Source of the DNA: an uncultured bacterium
GTDB taxonomy: Bacteria; Zhuqueibacterota; QNDG01; DTFT01
DNA length: 64,000 nt
Assembly: GCA_963736115.1 (NCBI GenBank)
Contig: CAVTNR010000014.1
Location: 96,001 to 160,000 of the forward strand
Direction of reading: 5' to 3'
Position 1 is the stretch's first letter. Each line of letters opens with the position of its first letter. Below are positions 19,108 through 26,466 of this stretch, piece by piece. The position numbers and the translations under genes were made by a program. A model generated the notes under the pieces. It was not told the origin of the DNA. It was given only the letters and a program-made list of their open reading frames with translations, and did not search any database.

Positions 19108-19671
19108 ATGAAAAAGCGATTTGTGGTGGCTGGTATTCTGGCGGTATGCCTGGCGGCGGGGTCCTCTGTGTTCGCCAAATCCAACATCGGATTGAACGGA
19201 TGGGGCGCCAAGGTCGGTTATGTCAGTCCCGAAGACATTGACGGAACCCTTGGATTCGGCGCCGTCGTCGATCTCGGAACCTTGACTCCTACGACCACGC
19301 TCGAAGGCGAAGTGCTTTACTGGGGCAAGAGTGAAAAGGAAAGCGGCGTTGAATTCAGCTATTCTCAGATTTACATCTCCGGAATCGCCAAGTATTACTT
19401 CAACAAGGCGAAAAAAGGGGCCAAATGGCTTCCTTATGCCGGGGGCGGCGTCGGGCTGGTGCTCGGCAAGGCGAAGGTCAAGTACGAAGGCAATGATTTT
19501 TTCGACGGCGATGACAGCTCCGACTCGGAAACCGATCTGGGCATTCATCTGGTCGGCGGCATGAAATATCCCATCGACGCGAAAAAATACGCGTTTTTCG
19601 AGGCGCGTTATTCCATGGATGGCGCCGATTTCTTCGGTATTTTCGGCGGCATCGTATTCAAACTGAAGTAA
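19108..19671 (+). CDS. small outer-membrane beta-barrel protein (8-stranded type)
   Basis: Strong SD, signal peptide, PYAGGGVG, alternating hydrophobic strands, aromatic residue near the C-terminus. Confidence 0.82.
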   Translation: MKKRFVVAGILAVCLAAGSSVFAKSNIGLNGWGAKVGYVSPEDIDGTLGFGAVVDLGTLTPTTTLEGEVLYWGKSEKESGVEFSYSQIYISGIAKYYFNKAKKGAKWLPYAGGGVGLVLGKAKVKYEGNDFFDGDDSSDSETDLGIHLVGGMKYPIDAKKYAFFEARYSMDGADFFGIFGGIVFKLK

Positions 19672-19745
19672 GCCGTCCTCAAACACCGGGGAAGAAGGAC
19701 AAAGCCTGCCCGGAATTGAGACTGTTGTATCCCAATCGTTTTTCG

Positions 19746-19780
19746 AAGGCCTTGGCGGTAGTTCCGCCAAGGCCTTTTTT
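19746..19780 (+). terminator. intrinsic terminator
   Basis: 13-bp stem AAGGCCTTGGCGG/CCGCCAAGGCCTT plus T tract. Confidence 0.85.
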
Positions 19781-19951
19781 CGGACACAGGGCCGCGGCGC
19801 GTCATTACGGGATGCTGTCGCCTCCCTTGATATAACTGGTATACCCGCAGTTACTGGAACACACGAGTCCGGAATGAAGCCCGATCAGGAGTATGGTTCC
19901 GCCTCTTTGACTGCAGCGAATCGACGGATCGTCATTCCGCGGAATTACAGG

Positions 19952-19980
19952 TTGCATCTGAAAATCAAAAGACTTATATT
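19952..19980 (+). promoter_or_regulatory. sigma70-type promoter giving a near-leaderless transcript
   Basis: TTGCAT-N17-TATATT, 10 nt before ATG 19991, no SD. Confidence 0.55.
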
Positions 19981-19990
19981 GTTTTTCCAT

Positions 19991-20719
19991 ATGTTACAGA
20001 CAATTTTAAAACCGCTTCGGATCCGCCTTCCGGCTGTGTTGGGGATCCTTTTCGCCTTGCACGGACTCGCGACCGGCCAGTCCGGCTCGGTCGAGCTCAA
20101 CCATTCCCTGCGCTTCCGTTTCGGATTGAGCGATCCGTTGAGCCCGGAACCTTTCCGTGAGAACTGGAGAACCGGATTGAGCGCGGACCTCTCCTTTCAG
20201 GCATCCGTGACCCGGTATGTCGAATTTACGGCAGGCGCCGGTTACACGGTATTCAGGCTGAACAGCCGACGGTTGTCCGGTGCGTTCAACCGCACCGCGG
20301 CCGCCGCCGCCTCTTTCGCTTTCGAGAAAGGCGCGTACCGGCTGGGTCTTCTGCATGCCGGTCTGAATGTTCATTTCGGTTCTCTCTGGAAGCCGGTTTC
20401 TTATTTTCTGCGGGCCGAAGGCGTTCTTGCCCTGGCGCACCAGGATGACATGATTCTGATCCAGGAATTCGGCGGGCAGAGGGTGCGGGAGAGAATCGAC
20501 CTCGGAGCGGACGAGGCCGCGCCCGGCGCGGTAGCGGCTGTCGGCGCCAAGATACGCGTGGATAAACGGGCTTTTATCGTTCTCTCCGCGGACGGTTGCG
20601 TTCTGCGGACATCCGATCAGGCCGGCGATTCGGATCAGGCCGCCTTGCGTCTCTCCCGGGCCCAGGGCAAAGCCACGGTGTTCACCACGTTCCGCGCCGG
20701 ACTGGACATTCAGTATTGA
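19991..20719 (+). CDS. putative outer-membrane beta-barrel protein
   Basis: Signal peptide, amphipathic strands, C-terminal FRAGLDIQY. Confidence 0.6.
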   Translation: MLQTILKPLRIRLPAVLGILFALHGLATGQSGSVELNHSLRFRFGLSDPLSPEPFRENWRTGLSADLSFQASVTRYVEFTAGAGYTVFRLNSRRLSGAFNRTAAAAASFAFEKGAYRLGLLHAGLNVHFGSLWKPVSYFLRAEGVLALAHQDDMILIQEFGGQRVRERIDLGADEAAPGAVAAVGAKIRVDKRAFIVLSADGCVLRTSDQAGDSDQAALRLSRAQGKATVFTTFRAGLDIQY

Positions 20720-21759
20720 CCCGGTCGCTCCAGGACATTCAGTCGCTGATCCGGGGCGCAGACGCGGGTAAAACGCCCGCGGTCTGCTTCCTCTTCGGAG
20801 AGGAGACCTACTGGATGGACCTGGCCGTGAAGGCCTTCCGCAAGGCGCTCATCCGGCCGGAGACGGCTGATTTCAACTGTGACCTGCTTCAGGCCGATGA
20901 GACGGACGGTGAGTCGGTCGTCCGGATCGCAAGTTCGTTTCCGCTCATGTCCGACAAGCGCCTGGTTGTGGTCAAGTCGATACAGAAATTTTCGCCGAAC
21001 GACAAGAAACGTATCCTTACCTACGCCCAGGCGCCTCTGGCTTCCACATGCCTCCTGCTGACGGCCGCGGAAGCCGACCGCAGGCAGTCCTTTTACGCCG
21101 AACTGACCGCCCTGACAGCCGCGGCCGAATGCAAGCCCCTGTATGAGAATCAGGCGGTGGATTGGGTGGCGCAAGCGGTGAAACTGCGGAAACGCGGCAT
21201 CCAGCCGGAGGCGGCCGCCCTTCTGGTTCAGCAGACAGGCACGGGCCTGTGGCCGCTGACGCATGAAATTGAAAAGCTCATCACGTACGCGGGAGAAAAA
21301 ACAGAACTGGAACTGGCCGATGTCGAGGCGGTCACCGGATTCTCCCGCAGGTACAATACCTGGGATTTCGCGGACGCCGTCGGGAGAAAGGACCTGGAAA
21401 CAGCACTGGAAGTGCTGCGGAAACTGCTCCGGCAGCGTTCGACCGGCCCGGCGCTGATTATGGACCTGCATCGGAGGGTTCTGCTGCTGACCCGGGTTCT
21501 GATCCTCCTGTCGGAGCGGACGAAAAAAGAGGCCATGGCTTCCGCGCTCAGGGTCAAGCCGTTTTTTGTGGATGAGTATATTGCACAGGCGCGCCGGTTC
21601 TCCATGCCGGAATTGCGTGTCGCGGACCGGACCCTTCTGGAGGCGGATTTCCAGATCAAAACCGGACGCCTGGACGGTGAATCCGCGATGGTGCTGGCTG
21701 TGTACGACCTGATCCGGGGCCGGCAAGGCCGGCGCTACTTCACCGGGGAATCCCTCTGA
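20716..21759 (+). CDS. holA: DNA polymerase III delta subunit
   Basis: FLFGEE, FPLMSDKRLVVVK, EIEKL, ADFQIKTG; TTG start overlapping the upstream TGA. Confidence 0.9.
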   Translation: MTRSLQDIQSLIRGADAGKTPAVCFLFGEETYWMDLAVKAFRKALIRPETADFNCDLLQADETDGESVVRIASSFPLMSDKRLVVVKSIQKFSPNDKKRILTYAQAPLASTCLLLTAAEADRRQSFYAELTALTAAAECKPLYENQAVDWVAQAVKLRKRGIQPEAAALLVQQTGTGLWPLTHEIEKLITYAGEKTELELADVEAVTGFSRRYNTWDFADAVGRKDLETALEVLRKLLRQRSTGPALIMDLHRRVLLLTRVLILLSERTKKEAMASALRVKPFFVDEYIAQARRFSMPELRVADRTLLEADFQIKTGRLDGESAMVLAVYDLIRGRQGRRYFTGESL

Positions 21760-21781
21760 CCGGCTGATTGCGGGTTCTCAC

Positions 21782-21810
21782 GGAACTTTTGCCCGGAACC
21801 CATTGTTCAA
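21782..21810 (+). promoter_or_regulatory. ECF-sigma-type (autoregulatory) promoter
   Basis: GGAACTT-N16-GTTCAA directly upstream of the ECF sigma gene. Confidence 0.55.
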
Positions 21811-21826
21811 TATATTGAAAGCGCCT

Positions 21827-22414
21827 ATGCTGGACAAGAAACAGCCGCCGACGCCATCCGACGAGAACCTGATCGAGCGGTTTCAGAACGGCGATGTGTA
21901 CGCGTTCGAGCAAATCGTGCATCGATACAAGGATCCGCTGTTGAACTTTGTATACCACTTTCTGGGCGACCGGATCGACGCGGAAGACGTGGTGCAGGAG
22001 ACTTTTTTGCGTGTGTACCGCAACAAGCACATGTACCGGAGCATCGCGAAGTTCTCGACCTGGATCTACACCATCGCCGGCAATCTGGCCAAGACCGAAC
22101 TTCGGCGCCGGAAACGGCGTCGGCTTTTTTCAATTCATTCCTCCGGATTCGACGAAAAGGGCTATGACATCCCGGATCCGCTGAGGACGGCCGATTTGCA
22201 GGTGGACGGGGAAATGAAGGAGGCCGTCATCCGCAAGGAGATCGACGACCTGCCCGTTCGTTTCCGGGAAGTGGTGGTCCTGCGCGACGTGCAGGATTTC
22301 TCGTACGAAGAAATCAGCGACATGCTGAAAATACCCATCGGCACCGTGAAATCGCGGGTCAACCGCGGGCGCCTGAGGCTCCAGAAGCGCCTCGGCGACC
22401 TGATCGAGAAATAA
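21827..22414 (+). CDS. ECF RNA polymerase sigma factor (RpoE/SigW-like)
   Basis: DAEDVVQETF, FSTWIYTIA, SYEEIS...GTVKSRVNRGR. Confidence 0.93.
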   Translation: MLDKKQPPTPSDENLIERFQNGDVYAFEQIVHRYKDPLLNFVYHFLGDRIDAEDVVQETFLRVYRNKHMYRSIAKFSTWIYTIAGNLAKTELRRRKRRRLFSIHSSGFDEKGYDIPDPLRTADLQVDGEMKEAVIRKEIDDLPVRFREVVVLRDVQDFSYEEISDMLKIPIGTVKSRVNRGRLRLQKRLGDLIEK

Positions 22415-22430
22415 TTTCGGAGGACCTTGC

Positions 22431-23000
22431 ATGACCCCTTGTCATCGGGATCACAATGACATCCTGAATTTCGCCGACGGCGGCCTGGATCCCGACCGGG
22501 AGAAACAGGTGAGCCGGCATGTGGAGGAGTGCTGCGATTGCGCCAGGCTTCTCCACAAAATCCGCCTGCAGAGAAGCTGTCTGAAGAATCTCACCCCGCT
22601 CACGACCGGGGAGAATTTCAACGTGCTGCTTCACGAGCGGATACGCCGGGAGATGGCCGGAAAACAGGGTCTGTTCCACCCCGTCCTCGACCGCAGATGG
22701 ATTCCGGTTTCGGCGGTGGCGGTCGCCGTGCTCGCCGTGGGTGTCTGGATGCTGAATCGGAAATCCACAGCGACCGCGGACCTGTCTGTGCCCATAGCAC
22801 TGAAGTCGGCGCCGGCGGCTCCGGCCACGGCGCCATCCGGCCGCAGGCCGCGTGTGCAGTACGTCATTGAGGAGTATGTGCCGGCCGAAGCCGCACAGGC
22901 TTCCGCGGACTCCGCCGCAGGCGCCGTTCCGGTCGACACTTCGGAACGGATACGCAATCTCGAAGCCCTGCGGGAGCGGCTTGTTCCGGTGAGTTTTTAA
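22431..23000 (+). CDS. zinc-binding (ZAS) membrane anti-sigma factor
   Basis: HVEECCDC (HxxxCxxC) plus a single TM helix, adjacent to the sigma gene. Confidence 0.85.
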   Translation: MTPCHRDHNDILNFADGGLDPDREKQVSRHVEECCDCARLLHKIRLQRSCLKNLTPLTTGENFNVLLHERIRREMAGKQGLFHPVLDRRWIPVSAVAVAVLAVGVWMLNRKSTATADLSVPIALKSAPAAPATAPSGRRPRVQYVIEEYVPAEAAQASADSAAGAVPVDTSERIRNLEALRERLVPVSF

Positions 23001-23017
23001 GTGGTTCCGGAGGAACC

Positions 23018-23962
23018 GTGCGGCGAATGAGAATATGGATTTTCGTCATGCTGACCGCCGGACAGGCGCTGTCGCAGAAAGCGTCCTCCGGCCCGGTTGA
23101 GATCGCCTCGGCCGTGCAGAAGGCGCTCCCGTCAGTCCTGAGCGTCGAGACCGTTTCAGGTGGCGTTCAGGACGCCTGGACGCGGGTCGGATCCGGGTTT
23201 CTGTTCGGAGACCGTTACGCGGTCACGCGTAAGACGGTCATCGACGGGGCGGACAGCATCGTCATCGCGCTGACCGACGGACGCCGGGCCCCGGCCCGTC
23301 TGGTCGCATGCGATCCGGCGACAGGAACCGCGGTTCTGGAGCACGGAATGACGGGCATCACCCCGATCCCGCCCCACGAATCCCCGGAGCCTGCGGAAGG
23401 CGCCGCGCTGGCGGTCCTCGGCAATTCGATCGGCGTCTTTCCCTCCGTCACACTGGCCCGGTTCATCAGCAGTCGGCCGGACGGTCTCATGGAAATTGAT
23501 GGTATGATCCCGCCCGGAAACAGCGGCAGTCCGGTGCTGGACGAAACCGGCCGCCTGACGGCTGTCATCATCGGCTGGGTTCAAGACGGAGCGACACCCC
23601 CGGTCGTCACCGGTCTGGCGCTTCCCGCATCCAAGGTGCTCCGGTTTCTTTCCTCCCTGCGGGAGCAAAGAGAGAGAGCCGGCTGGATCGGTTTGTCGGC
23701 CGTTGATTTGACCGGGAAAGAGCATCGGACCGGCGTAAAAGTGGTTTCCCTCCTGCCCGGAGGCCCCGCGGATCTGGCGGAATTGTCCGTCGGAGACACC
23801 ATTGTCCGGTTCCAGGATGAGCCGGTGCGGAGGGCCGCCGACCTCGCGGAACGGGTGCGATGCACGGCGCCCGATTCCAGAATCACTTTCACCATCCGAA
23901 ACGGAGGCAAGGAAAGCGTACGAAAAGTGAAGGTTTCCACCATGCCCAGGCGGTCGCCGTAA
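23018..23962 (+). CDS. HtrA/S1C trypsin-like + PDZ protein with a degenerate catalytic triad
   Basis: GSGF, PGNSGSPV, GWIGL, GGPADLA; catalytic His and Asp positions substituted. Confidence 0.82.
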   Translation: MRRMRIWIFVMLTAGQALSQKASSGPVEIASAVQKALPSVLSVETVSGGVQDAWTRVGSGFLFGDRYAVTRKTVIDGADSIVIALTDGRRAPARLVACDPATGTAVLEHGMTGITPIPPHESPEPAEGAALAVLGNSIGVFPSVTLARFISSRPDGLMEIDGMIPPGNSGSPVLDETGRLTAVIIGWVQDGATPPVVTGLALPASKVLRFLSSLREQRERAGWIGLSAVDLTGKEHRTGVKVVSLLPGGPADLAELSVGDTIVRFQDEPVRRAADLAERVRCTAPDSRITFTIRNGGKESVRKVKVSTMPRRSP

Positions 23963-24018
23963 AGAAGTTCTCCTGCCGGGCTCTCAGCCCCGCAACCCCC
24001 GCTTTGCGTCATTTTTAT

Positions 24019-24046
24019 TTGACTTTAGCCGTATTTTTCGTAAATT
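24019..24046 (+). promoter_or_regulatory. sigma70-type promoter
   Basis: TTGACT-N16-TAAATT. Confidence 0.45.
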
Positions 24047-24077
24047 ACATTTTATTTCGATTATCAGCAAGTCCCGT

Positions 24078-25379
24078 ATGGACGGGCCGTTTCGGAGTCG
24101 AACCATGCCAGGGCATAACGGACGATCCGTACTTCTCATGACGCTTCTGCTGGCAGCAGCGGCCGCAGGATTTTTTATTCCGACTTCAGGCAATCCATGG
24201 GCTTTCTCCCTTCTCAAGGCCGGATTGTTCGTCTGTGTTGCGGCCATCGGGCTGTTCGCGCTCTTTAAATCCCGTTTTCCATGGGAGAGCCGTCCGGCCG
24301 AAGCGCCGGCCCGCTCCGAAGAAGCCCGTGCCGGTTCCGGTCCGTCCGAGAGCGGCTCGGGCCGGTCGTGGGAGGGATTCGGCAAAGCGTTCGGGTCCTT
24401 CTATCGCAAATACCTGAAAATGGTCCGGGTTTCCATGGCCGCGTCCTCGATCGCCCTTTTCTTCCGCAAGGACGGCATACTCAAGCTCGAATACGGCGAG
24501 GACGCGGGAGGATCCATTGAACCGCATCTGGTATCGTCCGACGCCGGTCTTCTGGCCCAGGTCATGGCGAATAAAACGCCGTATCTTCAGAACCATCTGT
24601 CGTCCGGCTTTTCCATGTCCGGAAGGCCGGGCACCGAGGTCCGCTCCTTTCTCGGCGCGCCCCTTTGCGCCAAGGACGATGTCGTTGGAGTGCTCGCGAT
24701 CGGCAGCGAGGCGCCGGACGACTTCGGAGAGGCGGACCTCGCGATGGCGGCCCAGGTTGCGGACCTGATCACCGAGGTGATGTTCGCCTACCGGCAGGGC
24801 CTGGAGGAGGAAATCGAAGGGAAGGTCTTCAAGGTTCACCTCGATTTCATACGCCGCCTCAAATCGTCCGAGGGCGAGGATGAACTGGTCACGCACTTCA
24901 CGCAATGCCTCATGCGGCTGTTCCGGTTCGACCGGTTCACCCTGAACCTCCGCGCCGATAAAAGCGAGGAGGGCGTCATCCAGTTCGTCCAGGGCCAGAT
25001 GGACGGACTCGCGCCGGGCATCCGTTTCCCGCTTGACGAGGGACTCAGCGGATGGGTCCTGAAACGGAACACGCCGCTCATCATCGCGGACATCGGCGAG
25101 GGGGATTATCTGCGGCCCCGGTATTTCAAGGGGGAGAACAACAAGCACGGCCTTCGCTCATTTATCGGCGTCCCGCTCGGGGATGCCGGAGGCGCCTGGG
25201 GCTGTTTCAGCCTCGAGAGCCGCCGGCCCGGGCAGTACGGCGAAAAGGCGAGGGACGTGCTGATTAATTTCGCGACGCAGTTCGAGCTGGCTTTCCAGCG
25301 CATGCGCTGCGGCCGCCAGATTCAGTCCATCCGGCAGACCGACAATCCGTCGGGATCCGCCCGTTTCGAATTGGAATAG
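24078..25379 (+). CDS. membrane-anchored tandem GAF-domain protein (start uncertain)
   Basis: Two TM helices; RSFLGAPL..VVGVL and GLSGWV...RSFIGVPL GAF motifs. Confidence 0.78.
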   Translation: MDGPFRSRTMPGHNGRSVLLMTLLLAAAAAGFFIPTSGNPWAFSLLKAGLFVCVAAIGLFALFKSRFPWESRPAEAPARSEEARAGSGPSESGSGRSWEGFGKAFGSFYRKYLKMVRVSMAASSIALFFRKDGILKLEYGEDAGGSIEPHLVSSDAGLLAQVMANKTPYLQNHLSSGFSMSGRPGTEVRSFLGAPLCAKDDVVGVLAIGSEAPDDFGEADLAMAAQVADLITEVMFAYRQGLEEEIEGKVFKVHLDFIRRLKSSEGEDELVTHFTQCLMRLFRFDRFTLNLRADKSEEGVIQFVQGQMDGLAPGIRFPLDEGLSGWVLKRNTPLIIADIGEGDYLRPRYFKGENNKHGLRSFIGVPLGDAGGAWGCFSLESRRPGQYGEKARDVLINFATQFELAFQRMRCGRQIQSIRQTDNPSGSARFELE

Positions 25380-25395
25380 AAAGGAGTCGTCTTTC

Positions 25396-25590
25396 ATGGC
25401 CAAGGCAAAAAGCTTCGCCGACAAGGTGGCGAAGAACGCAATGGATTTCAAGAAGCATTGCCCCAAATGCAAGGAGCCGTACGCCAATATCCAGCTGGTG
25501 AAGGCTGAAAAATCCGCTTCCGGCAGCTGGCGTTTCAACGACCGTCATGTGGCTGTCTGCAAGTGCAACGAAAAGGAAGTCGTCCAATAA
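25396..25590 (+). CDS. small basic protein, DUF4295/bL38-like, with CxxC...CxC
   Basis: AAGGAG SD; MAKAKSFADK...LVKAEKSASGSWRFNDRHV; family call is from memory of the motif. Confidence 0.6.
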   Translation: MAKAKSFADKVAKNAMDFKKHCPKCKEPYANIQLVKAEKSASGSWRFNDRHVAVCKCNEKEVVQ

Positions 25591-25616
25591 TCCGGAAAAC
25601 CCCCGAACCCGGCCGG

Positions 25617-26201
25617 ATGGTCCTGGCCACGCGGAATGCGGATAAAGTGGCGGAAATCAGGCGCATTCTGCGGCTTCCCCCCGGCGGTCTGGCCTCCCTC
25701 CTGGATTATCCGGAAATCCCGGAAATTGAAGAAACGGGTCTGACGCTCGAGGACAATGCGCTCATCAAAGCGAGGGAGTCGCACAAGCGGACGGGCCTGC
25801 CGTCCCTGGCCGACGACACGGGGCTGGAGGTGGAGGCACTGAAGGGCGCGCCGGGCGTTTTTTCCAGCCGTTTCGCCGGACCGGACGCGAGTTACGCGGA
25901 CAACCTGCTGAAGCTTCTCCGGGCAATGGAGGGGATACCCGAGGGCAGCCGTCAAGCGCGGTTCCGTTGTGTTGTGGCGCTCAAAGCGGGGGCACGCGAG
26001 GAATGGGTGGAGGGGAACCTCGAGGGCGTTATCCTGAGAGAATCGCGGGGCACGGGCGGATTCGGATACGATCCGGTCTTTTTCATCCCCCAGGCGGGCA
26101 AAACCCTCGCGGAGATGTCCATGGAGGAGAAGAACGCGGTCAGCCACAGGGGCGTCGCGTTCAGGCGCATGGCACAACTGCTCGCGGAAAGGCCGCTTTA
26201 A
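25617..26201 (+). CDS. rdgB: non-canonical purine NTP pyrophosphatase (RdgB/HAM1)
   Basis: LATRN.K, ADDTGL, GFGYDP.F, KNAVSHR. Confidence 0.95.
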   Translation: MVLATRNADKVAEIRRILRLPPGGLASLLDYPEIPEIEETGLTLEDNALIKARESHKRTGLPSLADDTGLEVEALKGAPGVFSSRFAGPDASYADNLLKLLRAMEGIPEGSRQARFRCVVALKAGAREEWVEGNLEGVILRESRGTGGFGYDPVFFIPQAGKTLAEMSMEEKNAVSHRGVAFRRMAQLLAERPL

Positions 26202-26233
26202 GGCGGAACCTTCCAGTACAGGAAAAAGGAGTT

Positions 26234-26308
26234 CGGGGCGTGGCGCAGCCCGGCTAGCGCACCTGCTTTGGGAGCAGGGAGTCGCAGGTTCGAATCCTGC
26301 CGCCCCGA
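26234..26308 (+). tRNA. trnP: tRNA-Pro(TGG), CCA not fully encoded
   Basis: Acceptor stem CGGGGCG/CGCCCCG, anticodon arm CCTGC-TTTGGGA-GCAGG, T arm GCAGGTTCGAATCCTGC. Confidence 0.96.
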
Positions 26309-26313
26309 CCGAA

Positions 26314-26367
26314 AAACCGGACTGCAGGATTCGCTTCATGCGGAGAATTGCAGTCCGGTTTGTTTTT
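26314..26367 (+). terminator. hairpin/terminator after the tRNA
   Basis: AAACCGGACTGCA/TGCAGTCCGGTTT stem plus T tract. Confidence 0.65.
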
Positions 26368-26466
26368 GGGTAGAGATTGGGGCGGAGGCGTTTGTGCGCT
26401 TTCGATACCTGCCGGCCGCATCCATCCGGCCGGAGATGCCGGAAATCACCAGAGGAGGGTGTTGCT

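Noticed and set aside
19867-19882. SRP RNA helix-8-like GTCCGGAATGAAGC
   Set aside because: It lacks the CAGG/AGCA internal loop and the closing pairs of SRP RNA.
25587-25619. ATA start for rdgB overlapping the upstream TAA
   Set aside because: Possible, but an in-frame ATG at 25617 adequately explains the gene, so it is not counted as a non-canonical start.
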